Shown: piece by piece, positions 35,203 to 44,830 of the stretch
Layout of the letters: every line of letters starts with the position of its first letter
Position numbering within the stretch: position 1 is the stretch's first letter
Assembly: GCA_016187745.1 (NCBI GenBank)
Contig: JACPJC010000005.1
Coordinates: forward strand, 27,220 to 91,219
Origin: Candidatus Iainarchaeum sp.
GTDB lineage: Archaea; Iainarchaeota; Iainarchaeia; Iainarchaeales; JAXPJC01
Direction of reading: 5' to 3'
DNA: 64,000 nucleotides
Notes under the pieces: generated by a model
Database searches by the model: none
Told to the model about the DNA's origin: nothing
Seen by the model: the letters and a program-made list of their open reading frames with translations, nothing else
Made by a program: the position numbers and the translations under genes

Positions 35203-36852
35203 TCACATTGCAACGCACTCCGCATTGCCGGCAAGGAGCTTTTGCACATCACTAATGCTGCCTGCGGCGCAGGGCATTGAATAATATTTCCTAACTATGA
35301 AATCGCTCTTCATGAACTGCCCCGTGGATTCCGTTTCGGAAGCCCTGTAGCTGAATTTCCTTGAATTTTCATATGCAAACCTTTCCCCTGCCTCATCATC
35401 CGAAGCAGGCGCAATAATCCATTCCGCCCCCAGCGATTTTCTTATTGCATCCATTGTGCGCTCAGCAAATTTCATTGTTTCCTTTGCATTTTCCCCGGAA
35501 AATGCCGCCGCAGCGCCAAACAGCGAATCAATGCAGAGCATCGGCGCAAATGAATCCAGCCCGATGCCCCTTTCTTTCAAGTATGCGCGCTGCCCCAATT
35601 GCAGAAGCTTTATTTCCGCAATCTTCTTCGCGGAATTAATGCATTTTTCCAGCTGCCCGAAGAAATCCGCGTCATTCCCCCTTGCGGACAGCGCAATGCC
35701 CGTAAGGTTCGCATTTACGCAGGAAAGGATTCCGTTCCTGAATTTCGAATAGAAGCCCTGCGCAAGCGGTCTGAGATTGTTGCTCTTGCAGTTTAGCACG
35801 TATGCGCCCCTGCGCAGCGCAGCGCCTTTAAGCAGCTTCAGCTCCGCCGGCGAATCAACCGCTATCTTGAATGTGAATTTTCCATCATATCCCGCGCTTC
35901 CCAGAAGAAGCGCGTTTGCAAATTCTATTGCCGCTGACTTCCCATCCTTCCTTACCTGCATGCCCTCGGGCGCAAAAAGACTTATCCCTATCGTGCATTT
36001 TCCATTAAATGCGCCGAATGCCCTGAAAAAAAGACTGGAAGTTTCCGCAATCTTCCTATTTCCCGCATTCACAAGGTGCTTTGAAATTGCCATGTTAAGC
36101 GCCTCAACTGAAATCGGGAGGGAAAAAAATTCCCGGATTTCCGCAATCCTTTCCCCAAGCCCGAAAATGAAATCCTCCGCGCTTGCAGCCTCCTTAATCT
36201 CATTCGCAGGGATGCAGTACGCATAGGGCTTTGTTGGAAAATCCCCAAGCGCTGAAATGTGGATTTCGGCGGAAAAATGCCGCTCCCTTATCTCCTGCGG
36301 AATGAGCCTCTGCAGGGAATATCCCTTCAGCAGCTCGCAATTCCCGTAAAAGCCCTTTGAAATCTTTTCAGCGATGTCATATGAGGGAAGGCCAATCCTT
36401 GCATACTGCCTGTAAATGTTCTCATAGCCGTATTCCAATAGCCTTGCATTCACAAGCTCGCGTATAAGCGCAGTATCCAAATATGAAATTTTAAGGTCCT
36501 TGATTTTCCCCTCAACCTCATGGCCTATCCTCTCAGCTATTGCCCTCGGCAGGCTTGTTTCCTTCAGGAGCGACTTTATTATGTTGCCCCTGTCAAAACC
36601 CTCAATCCTCTCCCCTGAAGTATGAACATGCATCCTGTGGAAGCTCGCATACACTTCCGCTGCCTCAGGGTTTATCCCGCGGAGCAGTGAAATTGCCTCT
36701 TTTCGCAGCTCTTCAATGTCAAGGGTTTCCCTCTCAGAAAGGGATTTTATTATTTTCACGACATCCCATTTTGAGGCGCCGGCTTCCTCGCACTCAAGCG
36801 CTATTTTCCCTATGGTTTCATTCATCGGCTGCGCCGAGTGCTGCTGCATCAT
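35203..36852 (-). CDS. ATP-cone domain protein of unknown catalytic function (no P-loop, no glycyl-radical motif)
   Basis: Start chosen at MMQQHS (36852) so as not to run through the divergent lrp promoter. ATP-cone-like segment SGERIEGFDRGNIIKSLLKET...ISYLDTALIRELVNARLLEYGYENIYRQY, followed by an unrecognised ~400-aa domain. Confidence 0.45.
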   Translation of the reverse strand: MMQQHSAQPMNETIGKIALECEEAGASKWDVVKIIKSLSERETLDIEELRKEAISLLRGINPEAAEVYASFHRMHVHTSGERIEGFDRGNIIKSLLKETSLPRAIAERIGHEVEGKIKDLKISYLDTALIRELVNARLLEYGYENIYRQYARIGLPSYDIAEKISKGFYGNCELLKGYSLQRLIPQEIRERHFSAEIHISALGDFPTKPYAYCIPANEIKEAASAEDFIFGLGERIAEIREFFSLPISVEALNMAISKHLVNAGNRKIAETSSLFFRAFGAFNGKCTIGISLFAPEGMQVRKDGKSAAIEFANALLLGSAGYDGKFTFKIAVDSPAELKLLKGAALRRGAYVLNCKSNNLRPLAQGFYSKFRNGILSCVNANLTGIALSARGNDADFFGQLEKCINSAKKIAEIKLLQLGQRAYLKERGIGLDSFAPMLCIDSLFGAAAAFSGENAKETMKFAERTMDAIRKSLGAEWIIAPASDDEAGERFAYENSRKFSYRASETESTGQFMKSDFIVRKYYSMPCAAGSISDVQKLLAGNAECVAM

Positions 36853-36897
36853 AGGATTATGCGCGCAAAAGTAATAAACCTTGCTTTCGGAAAACAA

Positions 36898-36907
36898 ACT
36901 TTTATAT
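36898..36907 (+). promoter_or_regulatory. TATA box (TTTTATATAA) for the lrp gene
   Basis: AT-rich box 35 nt upstream of the ATG at 36942, in a divergent intergenic region. Confidence 0.4.
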
Positions 36908-36941
36908 AATCTTGCGTTTGGAATATTAACAGGGAGATAGC

Positions 36942-37415
36942 ATGGAGCTGACTTTGGATAAAATTGACCATAAAATAATTCAGAAACTGCTTGAGGACGG
37001 AAGGGCGAGCTTCTCGGCAATTGCAAAGGAGATTGCGCTTACTGATGTTGCGATAAAGAAGCGCGTTGAGCGCCTGAAGAAGCGCGGCATAATTTCCAAC
37101 ATTTCCGCCGAGCTCAATCTGAAGGTATTGGGCTATGAAAATCCCATATTTGTGCAGATACGCACGGAAATGAGCAAAAACAAGGATGTCATAAAGCGCC
37201 TGAAAGAACTTGATTACATTGTTGAATTGTATCAAATCCTCGGCGAATACAACCTTCTTGCAAAGCTGATAGTTCCGAACATTGAAAGCGCGGAAACCTT
37301 CATAAACAAGCTTGGAACCTTTGATGGAATTTTAGATGTGAAAACCCAGGTAATTCTCACAGAGCTGAAAAAGACCAATACGCTTCCCGCGCACTCGCTT
37401 CAGAAGAAGCTCTGA
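36942..37415 (+). CDS. Lrp/AsnC-family transcriptional regulator
   Basis: 157 aa. HTH (DKIDHKIIQKLLEDGRASFSAIAKEIALTDVAIKKRVERL) plus a RAM domain. Confidence 0.8.
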   Translation: MELTLDKIDHKIIQKLLEDGRASFSAIAKEIALTDVAIKKRVERLKKRGIISNISAELNLKVLGYENPIFVQIRTEMSKNKDVIKRLKELDYIVELYQILGEYNLLAKLIVPNIESAETFINKLGTFDGILDVKTQVILTELKKTNTLPAHSLQKKL

Positions 37416-37420
37416 TTGCT

Positions 37421-38074
37421 ATGGCCGGCAGATATAACAGGATTAATTTGGCAAGGCTTAAGAAATTCCTTAAGCTCACAGGCGGAAATATTAACAAAGC
37501 AGCCGGGCTGCATGGAAAAATTACAACTGAAGCCGCGAGGCTGGCTGTTTTGAATAATAAAGCGCTTAAGGAATTCAGGAAAAAGGGAGGACAGGGTTCT
37601 GTAATGAGGGTGGCAGACCCCAATCTCAAAAAACTTGCCGGAAAGAATTCAGCATTTGAAAGGGATTTGGCGTGGCAGGAAACAATCCAGAAAGTGCTCG
37701 CAGCAAAAAACGTGAAAGAAGCCGCAGAACACCTGAATATAAATAAGGCTGGCCTGTACTCAAGGCTTAATCTCATTGGGGGAGTTAAAACATTTCTAAG
37801 AGATGAAAAACAGGCAAGACCAAAAACCACCACAAGGATTTTTGACGCAAAATTAATAAAGTTTGCAAGGGAATACCCCGGCCTGACAAGGCAGTTTGCA
37901 ATACTGGATACTGTCTGGAAGAATAAAATAACAGGGAATGCGGAAAGGACCGCAAAAGCGATGAAACTTAAGGAAATAACAGTTTTCAAGAGGCTCCAGA
38001 ACGCAAACGGCGCAATGGCCGCCCTTAGGGCACGGCTCCCGAATAAAACGCTCAGGGAACTGAAACTGCGCTGA
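37421..38074 (+). CDS. DNA-binding protein with three tandem Fis-type (HTH_8-like) helix-turn-helix modules
   Basis: Three repeats resemble the Fis/NtrC C-terminal HTH (GN-x-S-K-A-A-x-x-L-G-I-S-R-x-T-L-Y-R-K-L): GGNINKAAGLHGKITTEAARLAV, NVKEAAEHLNINKAGLYSRLN and GNAERTAKAMKLKEITVFKRLQ. Confidence 0.5.
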   Translation: MAGRYNRINLARLKKFLKLTGGNINKAAGLHGKITTEAARLAVLNNKALKEFRKKGGQGSVMRVADPNLKKLAGKNSAFERDLAWQETIQKVLAAKNVKEAAEHLNINKAGLYSRLNLIGGVKTFLRDEKQARPKTTTRIFDAKLIKFAREYPGLTRQFAILDTVWKNKITGNAERTAKAMKLKEITVFKRLQNANGAMAALRARLPNKTLRELKLR

Positions 38075-38106
38075 GTTGGCTTTTTATTACTTTTTGAATT
38101 CAAAGT

Positions 38107-40344
38107 TTGTTGATTGGCATGATAGTGGTAATAACAGAGAAGGCCATTGCGGGCAACAGGATTGCGGGAATACTTTCCGGGGGGGACTTGAAGGAGGAGA
38201 TGCGCGAGGGAATTCCCTTCTGGATTTTCGAAAGGGCAAACAAGCAATTTGCAGTTGTGCCATTGAAAGGGCATATTGTTGAACTGGATTTTCCGCCGCA
38301 GTACAAGCACTGGTTGGGAACTGACCTTAGAAAACTGAATTCCGCGCCAATCGAATACCTTCCCTCTGAAAAAAGGATTGTTGCGCTGCTTGAGAAAACA
38401 GCAAAGGGCGCCGATTCCGTAATTGTTGCAACTGATGCGGACAGGGAAGGGGAATCAATAGGGGTTGAGGCGCTGAATTTCATGAAGGCAGTTAACCCAA
38501 AATTGAAAGCAGAGCGCGCCTATTTCTCGGCTATTACCCCACAGGACATAAATGAGGCATTTGGAAAGCTTGCAGAGGTTGATTACAATCTGGCGGATTC
38601 CGCGGATGCGCGCAGGGAAATTGATTTGATATGGGGCGCAGTTCTCACGCGCTTCCTTTCCCTAGTTTCGGGGAGGATGGGTCATGAGTTTCTGAGCATA
38701 GGGCGCGTGCAGGGCCCTACCCTAAAAATAATTGTGGACAGGGAAAAGGAGAGGCTCGCCTTTTCCAGCAAAAAATACTGGGTTGTAAAGGCGATTTTTG
38801 AAAAGGAGAAGAAGGAGTTTGAGGCGATTCACAAAAAGGCGCGCCTCTGGGCAAAAGAGGAGGCGGAAGCCATCCTCAAGAAAAAAGCCCCAAGCGGAAC
38901 TGTTGTGAAAGTTGAATCGCACAAAAGGGGCATAAGCCGGCCGATTCCCTTCAGCACAACCGGCTTTTTGCGCGCCGCAACTCTGCTGGGATTTTCCGCA
39001 GGGGAGGCGATGAGCATTGCGGAAACCCTCTACATGCAGGGATATATTTCCTATCCCAGAACGGACAACACAGCATATCCGAAAACCCTTAACCTAAAGC
39101 AAATCCTTAATGAGCTGCTCAAAGGCGAATTTGCGCCGCTTGCTGAAAAAATCCTCGCGCTTGGAAAATTAATCCCGAGTTTCGGGAAAGAAACAAAGGA
39201 CCATCCGCCAATCCATCCCGTCGCTTCAGCCCCAAAAAACAAAATCAGCGAAAGGGAGTGGAGGATTTACGAGCTGATTGTAAGGAATTTCCTTGCGACG
39301 CTCGCGGAGGATGCGCAGGTTGAAACAACAACAGTTGAAATTGACCTGAACTCGGAGCCCTTCATTGCAACAGGCCTGGTAATACTTTCCCCGGGCTGGA
39401 AGGAATTCTATCCATATATTGCGCTAAAGGAAGTTACGCTTCCAAAGCTCCAGAAGGGCGATGTTGTGCTGCTGAAAAAACTGGAAATGCTCGAGAAGGA
39501 GACCCAGCCCCCGACGCGCTACTCCCAGGGCGCGCTGATAAAGCTGATGGAGCAGTTGGGAATAGGCACAAAATCAACGCGCCATGAAATTATAAAAAAA
39601 CTGTATCTGCGCAATTACATTTCCGGAATAAAATCCATCGAGCCCCATAAAATTGCGTTTGCAATAATTGCCGTGCTCGACAAGTACTCGCAAAAAGTTG
39701 TGAAGCCGGAAATGACCTCTGATTTGGAAAAGGAAATGGACTTTGTTGCGGAGGGAAAAAAGAAGAAGGAAGAGATTGTTGACGGAAGCAGGGGCGCGCT
39801 TGCAAGCATTTTGGATGAGTTGCTGCAGAACAAGGACAAGATCGGAAGCGAACTGAGGACCGCGCTGAGGCAGGACACAATCCTTGCAAAATGCACAAGC
39901 TGCCCGGGGGATTTGCGCATAATAAAAAGCCGTTTCGGAAAGCGCTTCCTCGGCTGCACAAACTATCCCAAATGCACAACCACTTATCCGCTTCCCCAGA
40001 AGGGAATCATTTCCCTTGGGAAGGAGCCCTGCAAGGAATGCGGCAAATTCACAATTGCAATAAAAGGCACGCGCTACAGGTTTGAGATGTGCATTGACCC
40101 CAACTGCAAAACAAAGGACGAGTGGAAGGCAAAAGCCGCGGCAAAAAAAGCGGAGGAAGCCGCGGCGCTTGAGGCGGAAAAATTATCCGGCAAAAAAACT
40201 GAAGCAGGAATTGAAGCCGCAAAAAAGCCCGAAGCGCAGGCAGAAAAGGCAATTGGAAAGAAAGTGGAAATCAAGCCAATAAAGCCGCAGGAAAAAAAGG
40301 CAAAGCCAAAAGCCGTTAAAATTAAAAAAGAAAAGGGGCAGTGA
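38107..40344 (+). CDS. topA: DNA topoisomerase IA with C-terminal zinc ribbons and a Lys-rich tail
   Basis: Toprim DxD (VIVATDADREGESIG). Catalytic-Tyr region ISYPRTDN. Two C4 zinc ribbons (CTSCPGD...CTNYPKC and CKECGKF...CIDPNCK). A 70-aa KA/KE/KP-rich tail. Confidence 0.85.
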   Translation: MLIGMIVVITEKAIAGNRIAGILSGGDLKEEMREGIPFWIFERANKQFAVVPLKGHIVELDFPPQYKHWLGTDLRKLNSAPIEYLPSEKRIVALLEKTAKGADSVIVATDADREGESIGVEALNFMKAVNPKLKAERAYFSAITPQDINEAFGKLAEVDYNLADSADARREIDLIWGAVLTRFLSLVSGRMGHEFLSIGRVQGPTLKIIVDREKERLAFSSKKYWVVKAIFEKEKKEFEAIHKKARLWAKEEAEAILKKKAPSGTVVKVESHKRGISRPIPFSTTGFLRAATLLGFSAGEAMSIAETLYMQGYISYPRTDNTAYPKTLNLKQILNELLKGEFAPLAEKILALGKLIPSFGKETKDHPPIHPVASAPKNKISEREWRIYELIVRNFLATLAEDAQVETTTVEIDLNSEPFIATGLVILSPGWKEFYPYIALKEVTLPKLQKGDVVLLKKLEMLEKETQPPTRYSQGALIKLMEQLGIGTKSTRHEIIKKLYLRNYISGIKSIEPHKIAFAIIAVLDKYSQKVVKPEMTSDLEKEMDFVAEGKKKKEEIVDGSRGALASILDELLQNKDKIGSELRTALRQDTILAKCTSCPGDLRIIKSRFGKRFLGCTNYPKCTTTYPLPQKGIISLGKEPCKECGKFTIAIKGTRYRFEMCIDPNCKTKDEWKAKAAAKKAEEAAALEAEKLSGKKTEAGIEAAKKPEAQAEKAIGKKVEIKPIKPQEKKAKPKAVKIKKEKGQ

Positions 40345-40361
40345 AAAATAAAAAAAAGTTT

Positions 40362-40432
40362 AAGAGGGGGATCAGGATATTTTTTAAAAAAATATACCAT
40401 TTAAGCCTGGTGAGCCTATCCCCCTCTTTTGT
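40362..40432 (+). terminator. hairpin (11-bp inverted repeat AAGAGGGGGAT / ATCCCCCTCTT around an AT palindrome) followed by TTTT, just after topA
   Basis: Arms at 40362-40372 and 40418-40428. Internal palindrome ATATTTTTTAAAAAAATAT. A T-tract follows immediately. Confidence 0.4.
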
Positions 40433-40565
40433 GAATAATTCTAGGTTTTAGATTTATTCCCCCCTTCTGAGTTGTATAACTATTGCATCATATCTTCCTT
40501 ATATAAATTCTTTGGCTATAATTGTGCTGAAATGGATAGCTATTTTAATTTAATTGTTCTGGAAT

Positions 40566-40577
40566 ATATAATAAAGA
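40566..40577 (+). promoter_or_regulatory. TATA box (TATATAATAAAG) for the 40590 regulator gene, leaderless
   Basis: About 24 nt upstream of the ATG at 40590. Confidence 0.4.
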
Positions 40578-40589
40578 GGGCATATCTAT

Positions 40590-41132
40590 ATGCGCGCACC
40601 AAAGCGGATTGGCGATGAAATAAGGCTGAAAATACTGGAAGCGCTGCTCGAGAAGGGAAGCGTTGCCCCCAACATAAGGCAGATACAGAGAAAAACAGGC
40701 TTCCACAAGGCAACAATAAAGGCATCGCTTGATTTCCTCGCGAAGGAAGGCCTGCTCCAGGGCTATGGCCCGAAAATAAATTTCCATTCCCTCGGCTACA
40801 AGCTTGAAACAACAGTTTTGCTGCAGGCTGACATGTCCGAGAAAAAGACCTTTGATGAGCTTGTGGAAAGAATAAAAAAGGATCCGCATATCTATCAGTT
40901 AGCATCAGTAATAGGCTCCGGGAACTGGAACCTGCTTGCAAGGCACATCTACAAGGATGTTGAATCCTACCACAACAACGACCTGAAAAATTACTATGAG
41001 GCAATTCCCGGGATTTTCAAGGTCATAAAGGACAGGCAGATATTCTATGCGACAGAGCCGTACTACAAGAGCGCCTCGCGCACGCGCTCGATAATAGAGC
41101 TTATAAGGCGCTCAAAGGAAGGGAAGGACTGA
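40590..41132 (+). CDS. winged-helix transcriptional regulator with a C-terminal Lrp/RAM-like domain
   Basis: 180 aa. N-terminal HTH (RLKILEALLEKGSVAPNIRQIQRKTGFHKATIKASLDFLAKEGLL). Confidence 0.5.
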   Translation: MRAPKRIGDEIRLKILEALLEKGSVAPNIRQIQRKTGFHKATIKASLDFLAKEGLLQGYGPKINFHSLGYKLETTVLLQADMSEKKTFDELVERIKKDPHIYQLASVIGSGNWNLLARHIYKDVESYHNNDLKNYYEAIPGIFKVIKDRQIFYATEPYYKSASRTRSIIELIRRSKEGKD

Positions 41133-41136
41133 AAAA

Positions 41137-41946
41137 ATGAATGTGGAAATTGACTTGCGGAAAAGCCTGAATGAAAACGCATCGGATTACTTCAACAGGG
41201 CGAAGAAGCTGAAAAGCAAAATACACGGGCTGCAGATTGCGCTGCAGGAAACCCAGAAAAAGGCTGAAATGCTCAGGAGAAGGGAGCAGCAGCAATTGCA
41301 GAGAAAGGAAAGGGTTCCCGAGAAGCGCAGGGAAAGGGAATGGTATGAGAAATTCCACTGGTTTTTCTCCTCTGACAATTACCTTGTTATTGCGGGAAGG
41401 GACGCGGCAAGCAATGAGCTGCTTGTAAAGAAATACATGGAGCCCAGCGATGTTTATTTCCATTCCGATATCCAGGGGGCGGCGCACTGCATAATAAAAT
41501 CAACAAACAGCAAGGCCCCGGAGGCAACAATGAATGAGGCTGCGCAGTTTGCAGCTGTATTCTCAAAGGCATGGGCGCTCGGAATTGCCGCAGTTGATGT
41601 TTATTCTGTTGCGCCTGAACAGGTAAGCAAGTCCGCGAAATCCGGGGAATATCTCTCAAAGGGCGCATTTGCAATCTCCGGGAGCCGCGAATGGTACAAA
41701 AAAATGAAGCTCGAGCTTGCGGTAGGGGTGCGCAAGGAAAAGGAAGCCTATGTAGTAATTTCAGGGCCTGTTTCGGCAACGGAAAAGCATTCAATCGCGT
41801 TTGTAAGGATTGCGCAGGACTCGATGGACAGGAACGGGCTTGCAAAGCAAATCAAAGCCGCATTGGAAAAGAAGATTGAAAAGTTTGGGGCGCTCAGCCT
41901 TGATGAGATAAATTCCATGCTTCCCGGAGGGGGGAAAATTGCATAA
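41137..41946 (+). CDS. NFACT-R (DUF814) domain protein with an N-terminal coiled coil (Rqc2/NEMF/FbpA C-terminal-module homolog)
   Basis: DVYFHSDIQGAAHCIIKS matches the DUF814 signature (F-H-a-D-x-x-G-S-x-V-I-L). Only 269 aa, so it lacks the NFACT-N and HhH parts. Confidence 0.5.
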   Translation: MNVEIDLRKSLNENASDYFNRAKKLKSKIHGLQIALQETQKKAEMLRRREQQQLQRKERVPEKRREREWYEKFHWFFSSDNYLVIAGRDAASNELLVKKYMEPSDVYFHSDIQGAAHCIIKSTNSKAPEATMNEAAQFAAVFSKAWALGIAAVDVYSVAPEQVSKSAKSGEYLSKGAFAISGSREWYKKMKLELAVGVRKEKEAYVVISGPVSATEKHSIAFVRIAQDSMDRNGLAKQIKAALEKKIEKFGALSLDEINSMLPGGGKIA

Positions 41947-42505
41947 CGCAAGGGCGCTTGAGGAATTCGCAAAAAACAGGCTCAGGGGAATTCCCGTCCT
42001 CGGGTTTGCATGCATCCTGAGGGTCAGGCGCAATGCGGAAATAATTTCAGAAGGAATGGATTTTGATGGAAAAATCCTCCATGCCGCAATTTACCTCCAC
42101 AACCTGGGGATGGAGCAGGCGCTGAAATACAACCAGGATGCGATTGCAACCTCAATGGCGCTCGCAAAGAAATTAATGCTCAACAACAATTTCACGCAAT
42201 CGGAAATTGACAGGGTACTGCACTGCATTTCCGAAGCCCACCTGAACGGAAAGCCGAAAACAGCCGAGGCAAAAATACTGCACGATGCGAAAATGCTTGA
42301 CGAATGCGGCGCCTCCGGAATCCTCAATGACTGCTATGCGCTCGCGCAGCGCAAAAAAACCTCGCCGCAAATTGCCTCGCATTTTGCCTCAAAAGCAAGC
42401 CTGCTCAAAGGCGCATTTTTCACGCAGTCCGGAAAGGAGCTCTCAGGCGGGAGCATTGCATTATATGTGGAATTTGCAAAATCGCTGGAAAAGGAAATCC
42501 TGTAA
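41939..42505 (+). CDS. HD-domain metal-dependent phosphohydrolase
   Basis: HAAIYLHNLG (H-x-x-x-x-H-D/N-like) and HDAKMLDECG motifs. 188 aa. 8-nt overlap with the upstream gene. Confidence 0.6.
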   Translation: MHNARALEEFAKNRLRGIPVLGFACILRVRRNAEIISEGMDFDGKILHAAIYLHNLGMEQALKYNQDAIATSMALAKKLMLNNNFTQSEIDRVLHCISEAHLNGKPKTAEAKILHDAKMLDECGASGILNDCYALAQRKKTSPQIASHFASKASLLKGAFFTQSGKELSGGSIALYVEFAKSLEKEIL

Positions 42506-42554
42506 ATTTGTGCCGGATTGGACGGGTTTAAAATCCTTTGGAATTTAAGTTCTT

Positions 42555-44759
42555 ATGGAGCTGGGCAGCATGTTGGCAGGCGATAAAAAGCGCAAGGAAA
42601 TTGTCCTCAGGGTGCAGGACCCTGACCCGAGCCATGTGGGGCGCAATATTGTCACGCTGAGCCGCAAGGCAAAGGAAGAGCTTGAAATTACCTCGGGAGA
42701 CATTGTTGAGATTGAGGCAACCAAAAAAACTGCTGCTGTTGTATGGCCCGCAAGGCCCGAGGACGAGGGCAAGGACATTATAAGGATGGATTCCCTCATA
42801 AGGAGAAATGCCGGAGTTGGGCTTGGAGAAAAGGTAACAATAAGGAAGGCGCACGTTGAGGAAGCAAAAAAGGTTGTTCTGGCCCCAACGCAGGAAGTTA
42901 GGATTATAGCTTCAGGCTATGACAGGATATTAAAGCGCAATTTCATCGGAAGGCCGCTCACAAAAGGCGACAGCGTATGGATAAGCGTCTTCGGCTCCGG
43001 CTTTATTTACATTGTTACTGAAACCTCCCCGCGCGGAATAGTAAGGGTTACCGATTACACGCAGTTCATCCTGAAGGAAGAGCCGGTAAAGGAAGCCGCC
43101 GAAGGAGTCCCGAAGGTTGCCTATGAGGACATTGGGGGCCTGGAAGAGCAGGTCCAGAAAGTAAGGGAAATGATTGAACTGCCAATGCGCCATCCGGAGC
43201 TTTTCAGGCGCTTGGGGATTGACCCCCCTAAAGGCGTTTTATTGCATGGCCCCCCGGGCTGCGGAAAAACGCTCCTTGCAAAGGCAGTTGCAAATGAAAC
43301 CAATGCGCATTTCATTTCCATTTCCGCCCCTGAAGTAATGAGCAAATTTGTGGGGGAGGCGGAAGAGCGCATAAGGCAGCTGTTCAAGGATGCGCAGGAA
43401 AATGCCCCGAGCATAATTTTCATTGACGAGATTGATGCGATTGCCCCAAAGCGCGAAGAGGTAATTGGGGAAGTGGAGAGAAGGGTTGTTGCCCAATTGC
43501 TTGCAGCAATGGACGGGATGGAAGCGCGCGGGAATGTTATTGTGATTGCAGCAACAAACCGCATAAATTCAATTGATGAGGCGCTGCGCAGGCCCGGAAG
43601 GTTTGACAGGGAAATAGAATTCCCGGTTCCTGACAGAAAGGGAAGGAAGGAGGTTCTCCAGATTCACACAAGGGGAATGCCGCTCGCAAAGGATGTTGAC
43701 CTTGACCATTTTGCAAATATTACGCACGGGTTTGTGGGTGCAGACCTCTCCGCGCTCGGGAAAGAGGCCGCAATGAAGGCATTGCGCAGATATCTCCCTG
43801 AAATAAACCTGGAGGATGAAACAATCCCGCAGGAAGTCCTTGAGAAGCTTGAGGTAAACAGGGAAGATTTCATAAACGGCCTTAAGGATGTCCAGCCTTC
43901 TGCGCTCAGGGAAGTTACAATTGAAATCCCGAATGTGAAGTGGGAGGACATTGGCGCACTGGACCATGTGAAAGAGGAACTGCGCCAGGCGGTTGAATGG
44001 CCGCTGCAGAACCCGGAGGCATTCAAGAAATTAGGCATAAAGCCCCCGAAAGGAATTCTGCTTTACGGGCCTCCGGGCTGCGGAAAAACCCTTATTGCAA
44101 AGGCGCTCGCAACTGAAAGCGGGATAAATTTCATTTCAATAAAAGGCCCTGAGCTCCTGAGCATGTATGTCGGGGAAAGCGAGCGCGGGATAAGAAAAGT
44201 CTTCAGGCGCGCAAGGCAAGTGGCCCCTGTAATAGTATTCTTTGATGAAATTGATTCAATTGCAAGCAGGCGCGGCGCACACACTGATTCCGGGGTAACG
44301 GAAAGGGTTGTAAATCAATTGCTTACAGAGCTTGATGGAATAGAAAACCTCAAGGATGTTATTTTTGTTGCCGCAACAAACCGCCCCGATTTGATGGATC
44401 CGGGATTATTGCGCCCGGGTAGGATTGACAAGATAATCAAGATTGACGCGCCCGAGAAAAAGGCAAGGCTTGAAATACTGAGAATACACACAAAGAAAAT
44501 CCCCCTTGACAGGAATGTCCCGCTTGAGGAGCTTGCGGAAAAAACCGAAGGATACAGCGGCGCGGACCTTGAGGGATTGGTAAGGGAAGCCGCGCTGATT
44601 GCGCTTAAGGAAAGCGGAATGAAAGTTGAGAAAGTTGATAAAAAGCACTTTGCGCAGGCAATGCAGAAAATTCTCCCGAGCATAAGCAAGGAAACAACAG
44701 AGGCGTATGACGAATTCAGGAACAGCTATTCCACATACAAGCCGAGCTATGTAGGCTAA
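42555..44759 (+). CDS. cdc48: Cdc48/VCP-like AAA+ ATPase (two AAA domains)
   Basis: N-domain, then D1 ([27 protein letters not shown]) and D2 ([27 protein letters not shown]) with second regions of homology. Confidence 0.9.
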   Translation: MELGSMLAGDKKRKEIVLRVQDPDPSHVGRNIVTLSRKAKEELEITSGDIVEIEATKKTAAVVWPARPEDEGKDIIRMDSLIRRNAGVGLGEKVTIRKAHVEEAKKVVLAPTQEVRIIASGYDRILKRNFIGRPLTKGDSVWISVFGSGFIYIVTETSPRGIVRVTDYTQFILKEEPVKEAAEGVPKVAYEDIGGLEEQVQKVREMIELPMRHPELFRRLGIDPPKGVLLHGPPGCGKTLLAKAVANETNAHFISISAPEVMSKFVGEAEERIRQLFKDAQENAPSIIFIDEIDAIAPKREEVIGEVERRVVAQLLAAMDGMEARGNVIVIAATNRINSIDEALRRPGRFDREIEFPVPDRKGRKEVLQIHTRGMPLAKDVDLDHFANITHGFVGADLSALGKEAAMKALRRYLPEINLEDETIPQEVLEKLEVNREDFINGLKDVQPSALREVTIEIPNVKWEDIGALDHVKEELRQAVEWPLQNPEAFKKLGIKPPKGILLYGPPGCGKTLIAKALATESGINFISIKGPELLSMYVGESERGIRKVFRRARQVAPVIVFFDEIDSIASRRGAHTDSGVTERVVNQLLTELDGIENLKDVIFVAATNRPDLMDPGLLRPGRIDKIIKIDAPEKKARLEILRIHTKKIPLDRNVPLEELAEKTEGYSGADLEGLVREAALIALKESGMKVEKVDKKHFAQAMQKILPSISKETTEAYDEFRNSYSTYKPSYVG

Positions 44760-44828
44760 CCAATCCTTTCTCTTTTAAAAAAAAGAAAGTCTAGGTGTTA
44801 CCTAAAGAGAAAAAAGGTTCAAGTTTCT
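44760..44828. repeat. intergenic repeat element, copy C (CCAATCCTTTCTCTTTTAAAAAAAAGAAAGTCTAGGTGTTACCTAAAGAGAAAAAAGGTTCAAGTTTCTG)
   Basis: Fills the gap between the cdc48 stop (44759) and the stop of the convergent S2P gene (44831). Compensatory change TTTCTCTTTT / AAAGAGAAAA relative to copy B. Confidence 0.5.
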
Positions 44829-44830
44829 GA

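Noticed and set aside
35203-37026. Full-length track ORF for the ATP-cone protein (start at 37026)
   Set aside because: The first 58 codons would run through the divergent lrp promoter and TATA box and are low-complexity. The start was moved to the MMQQ Met pair at 36852.
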